This document shows positions 43,140 to 56,192 of a stretch of DNA of 64,000 nucleotides, piece by piece. A program made the translations under genes and the position numbers. Numbering within the stretch: position 1 is the stretch's first letter; each line of letters starts with the position of its first letter. The notes under the pieces were generated by a model. That model worked only from the letters and a program-made list of their open reading frames with translations, made no database searches and was not told the origin of the DNA. The stretch spans positions 7,502,001 to 7,566,000 of the forward strand of contig OZ024753.1 of NCBI GenBank assembly GCA_964016885.1, given 5' to 3'. The DNA comes from Eledone cirrhosa. Taxonomy: Eukaryota.

Positions 43140-43895
43140 GATCAAAGCTTTTCCTGGGCTGTCACCATCCTTATTGTTTTAATATCTAGGGCTACGCTAC
43201 CCAGCGTAACCCTTGATCTACTGAATAGATTTATGATCAATAACGTTGCAGTTGTGAGTATCTGGTTTCTTTGTTTGTTTGATACGAGTAACTAAGGGCA
43301 TTCAGGCATTGGAGAGGCATCTGGCGCGACGATCTGACCCGAAACCTCTGCCCCAAATAGAACAATACGTCCATAGATAGGAAGCAGTAGAGATCTACCA
43401 GGGAAAGCTTCCTCCAACAACAGTGAGGTGACCCTAGATTTTGGATTTTGGATTTTGGATTTTGGGATGGTTATATTGTCCAACATGTCCTTCTTTAACT
43501 CAACGTGGTCAGATTTGGTTTAAAGGAGGATCCACTCTTTTCCATCTTTCCTATCTTCTCTTCCTTCCTTCGAATCAACTCACATCTAGCCACTGACCTT
43601 TATCGCTCCAGCTAATATTTTACCCAACGCCGCTTTGAAGGTATTTTGCTATTCTAACAGTTTCCATACGCCGAGTTTTCACATTTTCCTGAGAATCCGA
43701 TATACACTCGCGTTCCAAAACTCTACTTTTACGTTCAATTTGTATATATATATATAGTATAATAATAAATGTGAAGACTAAAATCCGAAGAGGGCTCCAT
43801 AAGGTTAATATATATATATATATATAAATATATATAAAACCGTAGAGCAAATATTTATTAAAACATGTGTACCCGTCTCTACCACACCAATTCGG

Positions 43896-43950
43896 ACTGC
43901 CTGAAGAGGTCACAGCCAAGGATGGCTGTCACCGAAATATATATAGCAGT
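43896..43950 (+). ncRNA. Type I hammerhead ribozyme, intact
   Basis: Stem I ACTGC/GCAGT; CTGAAGA; stem II GGTcACAGCCA-agga-TGGCTGTcACC; GAA; palindromic stem III ATATATAT; predicted cleavage after AUA at 43945; AATAAA at 43959. Confidence 0.85.
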
Positions 43951-44004
43951 ACACCTTTAATAAACAAAGCCAAATTTTAAATATTTGACTTAATTATTTT
44001 ATTT

Positions 44005-44050
<46 letters not shown>

Positions 44051-44135
44051 GTGGAAAAGTAAGAAATCGGAGAACAGACCGTTAATACATGTTTATTTAA
44101 AACACCACCTACGTACGTTGCGCCCAGTTGGGCTT

Positions 44136-44176
<41 letters not shown>

Positions 44177-44686
44177 CGAAGGAGGTGTGGTAAGGAACCA
44201 GATGGGCCATAATACACAGAGTACTCAATACTTAGGATAGTAGAGTGTGTAATAGGAAAAGTTTTAACCCCCGACGGCAGAGCTCAAGCCGTTTCAGTCC
44301 AGAAATAGCCCTCGAAACGGCTTGAGCTCTGCCGTCGGGGTTAAACTTTTTCCTATATATATATATATTGAACAATGAGTTCTAACAATGTTATTATCCA
44401 TACATAAGGGCGGTGGATTGGCAGAATTGGGAGAGAGTCGGACACCATGCTTTCCAGCCTAGTTACGTCCCTTTACGGTCTGAGTTCAAATCCCGCCGAG
44501 GTTAACTTTGCCATTTCATCCTTACGGGGTCGATAAAATAAAGTACCAGTAATGTACTGGGTCATTGCTGACCATGTGCCAAAAGTAGAAACAGTTATTA
44601 TCCATACCATAGACAGCTACATACCAGTATATATATATTTCTTCTATATATATATATATATATATTTCTTCTATATATATATATAA

Positions 44687-44736
<50 letters not shown>

Positions 44737-44892
44737 ACGTTATTCCGGGTTGAGTCGGAGGTAACCACAGTAAGTAAGGTACTCAATACATTGCAGAGTA
44801 TAAAAGTTTTAATGTAGATGAGATTCTACAGGACTAGAACCGTTTCATTCTTTAGAAATCATCAGGAATTCCTGATGATTTCTAAAGAATGA

Positions 44893-44923
<31 letters not shown>

Positions 44924-45024
44924 CTTTCTCCCTTTATCTATCTTCTCTATATATTTTCCTCTTTCTCTCTCTCCTCTTGGTATCCTTCCATTACCGTATT
45001 TCATTATTCCCTACATCTACAGAC

Positions 45025-45165
45025 CAACCATACTGCCTACCCTCACACCATCCCCACTGTATCCCTTCACCAAACCACACTGCCTACCCTCCCACCATCC
45101 CCACTAAATCCCTTAATACAAACCTCACTGCCTACCCCTCCATCACCCCTACTATATTCCCCCTC
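45025..45165. repeat. ~48 bp C-rich tandem repeat, 3 copies
   Basis: actgcctaccc core repeated three times. Confidence 0.75.
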
Positions 45166-45282
45166 CCCCTAGCTTATACATAAATCTCTTATTTTTTAAT
45201 ATGTTTTTACCGAATATTATACCATGTTATATTCCCTCGTCCTTTCATCTACATTTCTCATACCACACCCTATACCATCTCT

Positions 45283-45418
45283 TGCTACTACTACTACTAC
45301 TATTATTACTACTACCACTGATTCTACTACTACTACTACTACTAATACTACTACTACTACTGCTACTACTACCACTACTACTGCTACTACTGCTACTACT
45401 ACTACCACTGATTTCCTT

Positions 45419-45452
<34 letters not shown>

Positions 45453-45498
45453 CACTGATTCTACTTCTACTACTACTACAACTACTACTACTACTACA

Positions 45499-45552
<54 letters not shown>

Positions 45553-45780
45553 GCTACTACTACTACTACTACTACTACTGCTACTACTACTATTACTGCT
45601 GTTGTTTTGTCTGATATCTGCTTTATGAACTACTCCTGTTCCACCATTATCATCATCTCATCATCATCATTATCGCCATCATCATCATCACCATCATCAC
45701 CATCATCACTATCATCGTCACCTTCATCATCATCATCATCATCATTATCATCGCCATTATCGTCATCAACATCATCCTTA
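45283..45780. repeat. (ACT)n then (CAT)n arrays
   Basis: Direct inspection. Confidence 0.95.
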
Positions 45781-46854
45781 TCTGTTTTTATTCCTCGTTT
45801 TTCTCTTCCTCACCTCATAAGAACACATTTGATAACACATGCTTACAGAGCCGCACCCCAAAAAAGTCAGGATGACCATCGAAGGAATGTCTTCAAACAC
45901 ATCATCATCTTCAAATGCAAAGAAACCTTAAATATGTTCACCTTTAGTCGATTTGCAGAGAGATAATTAAATGGGGAGTCTATTTGTTTTGGTTTAAAAT
46001 ACAGTTATGCCACACAGAAGAGGGATGGGCCAAAGATACGCCGTATGTTAATACGGCTCCCCTACACCTCTACCAGGAGTTAAATGACCACACACACACA
46101 CAGATATATTCATACATATATACATACATATATACATACATATATACATACATATATACATACATGATGGCTGCAAAGTCTGCTAAGAGTATTGCAATCG
46201 CTTGTCAGATTATAGAGTTTGATGCAGTTTTAGGCTACGCCCAGTCACACGAACCTGTAACATATCCTGAACAAGCAATGCCTGTGCTTTGAAGGTTTTT
46301 TAAGTTTTTTTTTTACATACATACATACATATTTACATACATACCTGACTATACCTTCAGATTTATACCTGTAATTATTGGGGCACTGGGATATGTTAGT
46401 AACTGCCTCAGTTCAAATCTTGAGAAGCTGGGCTGCACAGAAACATGAAGAGCACGACCAGTTAGGAAATTACAACTACAATCCATTAATGGAACAGTAA
46501 AAATATGTAAAACATTCCAAAAAATTTGCATCTAATAATTGCATGTGCACATGTACAAATGTGCTCAAACTATACAGCTATATAAAAAGATCAACTCGTG
46601 GTGTATGCCTGGAAGGAAGGTTGGCTGGTAGGAGAAGCAAATGCCGGCAGCCAAAACGATGGCTTGATAATTGTTTCTACTTTAGGCACAAGGCCAGCAA
46701 TTAACCAGTGCATTACTGGTACCTTATTTTATCGACCCCGTAAGGATGAAAGGCAAAGTAAACCTCGGCGAGATTTGAACTCAGATCGTAAAGGAACGTA
46801 ACTATGCTGGAAAGCATGGCGTCCGACTCACTACCGATACTGCAAATCCTTGAT

Positions 46855-47700
46855 AATGTCAACTTTTGAACTGCACTTGATCTTTGCTCTTTAAACTCTG
46901 TTGTTGGTGATCGAACTTTGTGGAGAAAAATATCTCATGTTGATGTGCAGTCTGCAACTGGTGGAGTTTAGCGTCAAAACCAGGACATTCTCCTTTTTAC
47001 TAATCTTTAACACCAGATTAACATCTGCTGGTCAACTCATTTCCACTACTGTGCATGTCTTTTTATCTCGGTCCGATATCTTTATGACAGGTCTGTTATA
47101 TTTACATCTTACGGAAGTTTTACTGGAACATTCCACAAATTACTCAGATTAAATGTGAGTATCTCATCCCCGTGGCTGTATCATCATGAGTATCATTTCT
47201 ACGGACTGCACTGTATAACGTTTTGGTCAATATATCATGCCACATTGGTAGATATTACCGTGGTGATATCTGTCAAAGAACTGTTTATAATGTGGGTGGC
47301 ATTCTCGATGTTTATTCCACAGATAATGTATCTATTGTTGCATGTAGGTGTTTTATTTGCATATATATACACTCTGTGCACCAGAACATCGTCGCTATTT
47401 CGTTTTTCATGATTGCAAAAAGCATATTCTTTAAATTGAGAGCTAATTACCGGATGCTGTACCACGATAGCTAATTAGATTCTCTACAAGTAATATATAA
47501 AATAACCAAAGATTTGAAGCTTTCTAACAACATATGTGTGTATGATCATAAACATATATCAACGCTGTGATAGTCCCTGGGTGGGTAATTTTGGTCGTAA
47601 TTCAACGAAGGCTTCTTAAGTACTTCCTTCTCAACTCTTATGATCTTACATGCCTCATGTAGACAGATTGCTCTTGAATAAGTATCTACGCTAAATGGGG
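46855..47700 (-). pseudogene. Decayed R4/Dong-like LINE C-terminus (zinc knuckle plus restriction-like endonuclease)
   Basis: Frameshifted motifs SSQFKEYAF/AIMKNEIAT, CNNRYIICGINIENATHII, PMWHDILTKTLY, WNVPVK and KYNRPVIKISDRDKKTCTVVEMS*PADVNL follow the CCHC, RHD and PD..E..K order. Confidence 0.7.
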
Positions 47701-47755
47701 TAATATATGTTGTCAAAGGGTTATGATTTGTTGTTCGAAAATTCTATACGTGTGT

Positions 47756-47789
<34 letters not shown>

Positions 47790-47792
47790 ATG

Positions 47793-47886
<94 letters not shown>

Positions 47887-47914
47887 ATATATACATATAT
47901 GTATGTATATATAT

Positions 47915-48412
47915 ACGGCGTGCCACAGCTTGAGATCGGTGTGGAAGTCGGACTTTCGTAAAGACGTGAAAATCCGCGTCTTCATTGCTGTAGTAGAGTC
48001 TGTGCTGTTGTACGGGTCTGAAACTTGGACACAGACCAAGAAACTCACTCAGATGGTGGATGGGTGCTACACGAGAATGCTGAGGATGGCTCTGAAGATT
48101 AATCAGTATACACTGAGGATGAAAAACTCAGAGCTGTATGGGAGCCTCCCAAAAGTCACCTCAAAAGTGACACAGAGGAGACTGAGGTTAGCTGGACATG
48201 CTCACCGACATCCAGAGTTGACATTGCACTCAGTGCTCCTGTGGGAGCCCCTACATGGACACACTAGAAGAGGAAGACCAAGGTTAACGTATGTTGATGC
48301 CCTAAGGACAGACACTGGTCTGTTGGAGACGCAGGACATGGCGGCGATAATGAGGGACAGAGACCGCTGGAGAGAACTCGTCCATGGATCTCGGGAATTT
48401 TACCCGCCTTAG
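47915..48412 (+). mobile_element. 5'-truncated RTE-clade LINE, open reverse transcriptase C-terminal ORF (~165 aa)
   Basis: [40 protein letters not shown] and DRDRWR motifs; stop followed by (AT)/(ACAT)n; inserted in (TA)n. Confidence 0.92.
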
Positions 48413-48477
48413 ACATATATATATATATACATACATACATACATACACACGTATAGAATTTTCAAACGACAAATCAT

Positions 48478-49024
48478 ATTGTATGTCTACGCCATTTTTA
48501 TATAAGGCGTTTGGCTGATTGGTTAGAGAACTGGATTCACAATCGTGGGGTGGTTAGTTCGATTCCTGGACCGGGCGATGCGTTATGTCCTTGAGCAAGA
48601 CACTTTATTTCACGTTGCTCCTTCTACCTGGAGTTGCGCCCGATAGATAGTATTAGCAATTGGAAAGACCAACGGGGACATCGTTTCCTCGGTCCTATTT
48701 GACGAAAGTCGATCGACAAATTATATGTATATATATATATATATATATAATAATTGTTTCTACTTTAGGCACAAGGCCAGCAATTATCCAGTGCATTACT
48801 GGTACTTTATTTTATCGACCCAGTAAGGATGAAAAGCAAAGTCAACCTCGGCGATAATAATGCCAATTGCTAATACTATCTATCGGGCGCAACTCTGGGT
48901 AGAAGGAGTAACGTGAAATAAAGTGTCTTGCTCAAGGACATAACGCATCGCCCGGTCCAGTGAATCCAGTTCTCTAACCAATCAGCCAAACGCCTTATAT
49001 AAAAATGGCGTAGACATACAATAC
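48478..49024. repeat. Inverted duplication of an S2 SINE plus 5' flank, with an S1 fragment inside
   Basis: 48478-48663 is the reverse complement of 48862-49023, apart from a deletion spanning the B box. Confidence 0.85.
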
Positions 49025-49273
49025 AACAGGAGGAACATAATAGTACCACTGATGACGTTGCAGATGTGCAACGAAAGAACTTTGATAGACTATATATATG
49101 TGTTTATATCTGTATTTTTGACCGTTGGTCAGTCAATGATAAATATTGATGGCCAAATGAATTAACTGTGGAGATATGAAAGATTCAGAAGCGAAAACCA
49201 ACCAAGCAGTGTGTTCTGTTATTATTTCTGGCAATATTATTACAACAATATGACCCTCCCCAAGTATAACAAT
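49000..49273 (+). mobile_element. Complete ~270 bp hammerhead-bearing unit, family E
   Basis: Starts AAAAATGGCGTAG; HHR at 49041-49092 (CTGATGA-C-GTTGCA-gatg-TGCAAC-GAAA-GAAC-TT); ends ATGACCCTCCCAAGTATAACAAT then (AT)n. Confidence 0.75.
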
Positions 49274-49296
49274 ATATATATACATGTGTGTGTATA

Positions 49297-49507
49297 CCAG
49301 CGTCGGCTGAAAAGTTCATAGCTAAACAAAATACTCTCACAAAATGACTAAATAAGATTTGGGGGGGGGGGGGGGGGTTCTCAAAATAGGACTGGGGAAA
49401 AAAAAACAATGCCGTAATTAATAAGAGTTGAAATTAATGCATGCAAGATTTCACAGTTCTAACATCGCTCCGTCATATTCAGCCTATGTACTTTTCAGCC
49501 GACGTCG
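49297..49507. mobile_element. Mariner-type MITE
   Basis: TIRs CGTCGGCTGAAAAGTTCATAG / CTATGTACTTTTCAGCCGACG, flanked by TA on both sides. Confidence 0.8.
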
Positions 49508-49680
49508 TATTTTTTTGTTAAGAGATGCATAAATACAATATTTATTTATGTATGTATATATGCATGTTTGAATAAGTGAATAACTGTACACATGGACATG
49601 TATGCATATATGTGTCTACGTATGTATGTATAAGTATGTATGTATGTATGTATGTATGTATATATGCATGTACATGTATG

Positions 49681-49726
<46 letters not shown>

Positions 49727-49744
49727 TAAATGTATGTATGCATG

Positions 49745-49796
<52 letters not shown>

Positions 49797-49801
<5 letters not shown>

Positions 49802-50290
49802 ATACTTTGGGAGGGTCATGTTGCCAATAAGAAACACACGCACCAGTTGCTTTCACTTCAATTTAATTTAATATATATTTATAAATTTACAAATTTATAA
49901 ATTTATAAATTTCTGGTTGGTTGGTTGGTTCCACAACCAGATAGTTGTTTATATATATATAGTCATAGTTCTTTCGTCACACACTCTGTGACCTCTTCAG
50001 TGACTGGGGATTTCTTTCTTCGTTTCTGTGCCTTTCCTTTCTTCTATCCTACGCCATTTTTGACTATATATATATAAACAACTATCTGGTTGTGGAACCA
50101 ACCAACCAACCAGAAATTTATAAATTTATAAATTTGTAAATTTATAAATATATATTAAATTAAATTGAAGTGAAAGCAACTGGTGCGTGTGTTTCTTATT
50201 GGCAACATGACCCTCCCAAAGTATAACAATATCGGTTTCAACACACGATTTCAGATAAAGAATCTTGCTAAACAAATTCAGAAACGATAT
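49797..50290. mobile_element. Family F foldback: ~170 bp perfect inverted arms around a hammerhead
   Basis: 49797-49965 is the reverse complement of 50061-50229; sibling unit at 51032-51297 (+). Confidence 0.85.
49961..50005 (-). ncRNA. Type I hammerhead ribozyme, intact
   Basis: AGTCA-CTGAAGA-G-GTCACA-gagtg-TGTGAC-GAA-AG-aa-CT-A-TGACT; 5 bp stem I, 6 bp stem II, CUA cleavage triplet. Confidence 0.85.
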
Positions 50291-50291
50291 A

Positions 50292-50362
<71 letters not shown>

Positions 50363-50366
50363 ATAC

Positions 50367-50421
<55 letters not shown>

Positions 50422-50465
50422 ATGTGTGTGTGTGTGTATGTGCGCGTGTGCGCGTGCGCGTGTGC

Positions 50466-50581
<116 letters not shown>

Positions 50582-50819
50582 GTTGGTCTTCATAAAAGAA
50601 AGTGTGACGTGGTAATCAATACATGTACATATTTACGTTCGATGCTGGCAGCTGAAATTTCATACAGACGGTTGTGGAAAAAATAATGTCTAGCGAGAGA
50701 CAAGACTTTTAGAAATTTCCTTGAAATGTGTGACTGTATGCTTATAGAAGACAAATTGTGATAAAATAGGATGAAGGTTAATATAACTAACTGCAACCCT
50801 TCGCTTGTTCCGTCTACGA

Positions 50820-50886
<67 letters not shown>

Positions 50887-50958
50887 GGTAAACCACAGAA
50901 CATAAATTTGTAAATGGTATATATATATATATATATATATACCATTTACAAATTTATG

Positions 50959-51021
<63 letters not shown>

Positions 51022-51031
51022 TATATATATA

Positions 51032-51297
51032 GAAAAATGGCGTAGGATAGAAGAAGGGAAAGGCACAGAAACAAAGGAAAGGAATCCCCAGTCATTGAAG
51101 AGGTCACAGAGTGTGTGACGAAAGGACTATGACTATATATAAACAACTATCTGGTTGTGGAACCAACCAACCAACCAGAAATTTATAGGTTTGTAAATTT
51201 GTAAATTTATAAATTTATAAATATATAATAAATTGAAGTGAAAGCAACTGGTGCGTGTGTTTCTTATTGGCAACATGACCCTCCCAAAGTATATCAA
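51032..51297 (+). mobile_element. Complete ~265 bp family F unit with hammerhead (C3 to U) at 51090-51134
   Basis: AAAAATGGCGTAG start and ATGACCCTCCCAAAGTATA end; TA-rich sequence on both sides. Confidence 0.8.
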
Positions 51298-51744
51298 TAT
51301 ATATATTAAACTTTATATAAAAAAGAAAATTGCGCTCTACATGGCTAAATAGAATAAATGTAATCGGAGTTTTTCGAATATTAATAATAACATTCGATTC
51401 TTTTGCAATTATGCAAACAGGCCTCAATTTTATAGCCATGTCAGTAGAATGAACACTTCATACTTGCTCTTATTTTGAAAATACCATATAATTTCACTAG
51501 CTCTTACAGTTTGGCAGGCGATGCGTGGATACAGGGAACTTATACAAAAATATATAATTCCAGGACATTGAAAAAATTACTGCCTACTTGGTCGGTGGCA
51601 AATTCAAAAGAATCAATCACGTGACATCGAGATTAATCAGTGAGGAGTGGGGTGTTAATAAGACAGTAGCCGGACTATGACTATGAACTATAGTAGTGGT
51701 TTTGGCAAATTTTTGCTCAACAAAATAATTTGGAGATAATTATA

Positions 51745-51969
51745 AAGAATTAGTATATCTACCAACATATATATACAGATGTATACCTATGCTAGCAAAT
51801 ATATAGGTTTTTGTCTTAGTAACTTTGTGGTTCAATGCAAGGGGATGCAGAACAATTATATGAAAGAAGTAAAATAAGAAATTGAACCACAAAGTTACTA
51901 AGACAAAAACCTATATATTTGCTAGCATAGGTATGCATCTGTATATATATGTTGGTAGATATACTAATT

Positions 51970-51972
<3 letters not shown>
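51745..51972. repeat. ~92 bp near-perfect inverted repeat with 44 bp spacer, abutting (TA)n
   Basis: aagaattagtatatc...gtggttcaat versus attgaaccac...gatatactaattctt. Confidence 0.9.
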
Positions 51973-52042
<70 letters not shown>

Positions 52043-52047
<5 letters not shown>

Positions 52048-52357
52048 AAAGAACACAAGAGCGTCTACAACATCAAAAGATTTTTATTGGCTTACAATGT
52101 TTCTTCCTTACGTAACCGTAGGATTCGTCAGAGCTATAACTCTGATACAGATTATTTATTATTAAGATGTATAAACTTGACATAACTATTATCATCTTAT
52201 ATTCTCTCAACTAATCACATTTGATCATATTTCTCTATCCCGTTTTCTCCCCCCATAATTATAATATTTTTATTTTTATTTGAAAAAAATGTTTTTTTTT
52301 ACATTCTGCTTTCCCCTCCAAATATTCGCTTATATTTCTTTATATATTCTCTATATA

Positions 52358-52427
<70 letters not shown>

Positions 52428-52592
52428 ATCTTTATTATTTCCACTTTTATCCTCCTTTATATTTTACCTTATTCTTACTTGTATACCTTATTATAGTGTA
52501 ATCTTCCCCATGCCTTATTATACATTATTAATTATAGATTATTATTATTACTCTTTTTCCATTTCTAATTGTCTCATGTACTTTCTCCCCCG

Positions 52593-52623
<31 letters not shown>

Positions 52624-52968
52624 ATGCCCTTTGTGTTTGTGTAGCCTCTGCACACCCTCTGCACCATACTATCGACGCCACCCCATCTATGGTTCAGCTA
52701 ACCACTCGACTCCCGGGAATGAATATGACTGCAGCTAGTAAACAAGGACCCACACCCCACCCTCCCGCACCAAAATTAGACTTATCGTCCCCTACTTTTG
52801 CTCTTTACTCTCTTTACTCTTTGTTCTTGAATGTTTGGTTGGTAGAGTCCATAACACCAATCAAACCCCTTTTATAGCTCTGACGAATCCTACGGTTACG
52901 TAAGGAAGAAACATTGTAAGCCAATAAAAATCTTTTGATGTTGTAGACGCTCTTGTGTTCTTTATCAT
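52043..52968. mobile_element. PLE-like insertion, family K: ~97 bp identical inverted termini, each with a hammerhead
   Basis: 52043-52139 is the reverse complement of 52872-52968; GCT-CTGACGA-atCCTACG-gtta-CGTAaGGaa-GAAAC-att-GTA-AGC followed by AATAAA. Confidence 0.85.
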
Positions 52969-53064
52969 ATATACGGCTCTGCTCCAAAGCATAGAGCTAA
53001 TTATTATGCTGCCAATACCTTAATGGGACACGGGTATACAATGCCTAACTCCTATTAACCTAAG

Positions 53065-53126
<62 letters not shown>

Positions 53127-53173
53127 AGAAGAAGACCTTTTTTTCAATCTCCGGCCACACGCTTGATGTGTTA

Positions 53174-53257
53174 GGTCGATCTCGTTATAACGAATTTTCC
53201 ATTACAACGAATTCTTTTATACCCCGTGAATTTCATTATAACGGAATTTTAATGTAT
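53174..53257. mobile_element. Decayed pogo/Tigger-like MITE
   Basis: gtcgatctcgttataacg ... cattataacggaattttaatg-ta; imperfect TIRs with internal CGTTATAACG palindromes. Confidence 0.45.
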
Positions 53258-54140
53258 GTCTTCGAATATGAATTGAGTACATTTTCACTAATTTGTTACT
53301 AATAAATTGTTAGCTTGCTAGAAGATTCTATATGTGTGTATACAACTTACAACATAGTACATTCATATATAAACCTACAATCGGTGTTGCTATTTCTGTA
53401 TAACAATAAGTTTATGCAAATTTACACAACTTTGTTGCAAGCCAAAAACATAAAACAATCATTTTACTCTATTTCACGGGGATTTTGAATAAGTCAGATA
53501 AAGTATGTTTTTTTTGTGTTTCTTTTTTTAGAGAGTTCTTATGTTTTTATTGCTGTTATGTTGTTTGTCGATACAGCTTTATCAATTTATTCGTCTAGCC
53601 ATGCATTGGGTTATCACGCTTATACAGATTTTTACAGAGCACTATTATTTTTGCTGACACCATGTATGTAGACATATTTGAATTTAGGAAAAATAATAAA
53701 CAGAGAAAGTGATTCAAAGTGAGACTGATTGGGAGAGAGAGTGGGAGAGATAGAAAGGGAGAGATAGAAAGGGAAAGATAGAAGGAGAGATAGAAGGAGG
53801 GAGATTAAGTGATAAAAATTGTTTGATACATTATTAGAGAGAGAGAGAGAGAAAGAGAGAGAGAGGGGGGGGGGATAAAGAAGGAGTTAGTGAAAGGACT
53901 AAGAAGAGAGAGAGAGAAGCCTTTACACAAAAGTGTTATAGTGGTTAGTGAAAGGTTCATTTAGAAGGAGACGAAGAAAGAGAGAAAGTGTGTGTGTGTG
54001 CCTCTGTGGGTGGTGTGAGTGTGTGTGAGTGTATATGGGCATGTGTGCGTGCGTGCGAGACCAAGGCATTTTGATAACCTTGGTCGAAAAAAGTGAGACA
54101 TAAAGTCATATATATATATATATATATATATGACCTAAAG

Positions 54141-54220
<80 letters not shown>

Positions 54221-54691
54221 TTTAGTACAGCATTGACGAAGCTTTAGTATACGGCCAAGCTAGCGTATATACATAATCGGTCTGAAGCTTTAGCACTCGG
54301 ATGAGGTAAGACCCGAGAGTGGTAACATTACGTTCAGACAGCTTAGCAAATCAGATATAGCAGTCGACAGTCCGACCGCATTACCAGAGCAACGAAAATA
54401 CAGGACCCAGGAAAAGATATATATATATATAGTCGTTTTAGAAGCCTCAACAATGCAGATGGGTAAATCTCCGGGTAACAAAATCAAGTGGTGGTAAGAT
54501 GAGAGAGCGTAAAAGAACGTAAGAAAGGCGTAAAAAGCCCAAAAGAGATAGTTACCTTGGAAGCGATTTATCATTCCATATATTTTGGATTTCACATCCA
54601 TCAATAAGGGGGTTTTCCGAAGGGAAAGGTTACGTCGGAGAAAGGACAACGCGTGGCCTTCGTTGTTTACCGTGAGCGTACAACTGAAATA

Positions 54692-54814
<123 letters not shown>

Positions 54815-54828
54815 TATATATATATATA

Positions 54829-54862
54829 CAGGGTGTCCCAAAACAACGTATACACACTTCAA
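54829..54862. mobile_element. Isolated Tc1/mariner TIR
   Basis: TA-CAGGGTGTCCCAAAA; partner end not seen. Confidence 0.5.
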
Positions 54863-54892
54863 CATATATATACATACACTTATATATATGTT

Positions 54893-55212
<320 letters not shown>

Positions 55213-55724
55213 TGTTTTGTGTAAGTGTAAGTGTCTATATCAATGTGTGTACGTTTCTAGATGTCCATAACAGTGAATGTACGAGTACGTGTACGCGCGT
55301 GTGTGTGTGTATGCGTGCGTGTCTACATCAGTACGTGTGAGTGTATGAGTCTGTGTGTGTGAAGAGGGGGGGGGGTTGATTAAATGATACGCAATTCTAC
55401 TGAAGTATATGAAAGCAAATATTACATCACACAAAAGAAAATACTTCTGAAGTAGAAAATACGAAGAACATAAAATAACTCCAACAAACCTAATTAGACA
55501 AATATTCTCGACTTAATTAGTAAAAGAGAGAGACTTGGTCTTCACAGAGACACCTATCGGACACTGAACTCAGACTATTTCATCATTTAATATTTATTAC
55601 TATCTTTTTGGTATTGTTGTTGTTGTTGTTGTTATTGCTGTAACTGTTTGCTGTTGTAATTGTTGTTGTTGTTGTTGTTACGTTGTAATTTGCAAACGTA
55701 AATGTTTTCGATTCTATATGTGTC

Positions 55725-55765
<41 letters not shown>

Positions 55766-55840
55766 GCGTATGTGTGCGGATACGTGGGTGCATGTGTATA
55801 TATACATACATAATATATATATATACATATATATATATAC

Positions 55841-55893
<53 letters not shown>

Positions 55894-55909
55894 TTCGTTT
55901 CTGAAGTAT

Positions 55910-56035
<126 letters not shown>

Positions 56036-56040
56036 TTATA

Positions 56041-56072
<32 letters not shown>

Positions 56073-56075
56073 GAT

Positions 56076-56192
<117 letters not shown>

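Noticed and set aside
54230-54690. Possible hammerhead, SECIS or PLE ORF fragment
   Set aside because: TTGACGA plus AGCTT/AAGCT stem lacks GAAA; no convincing protein motif; left unclassified
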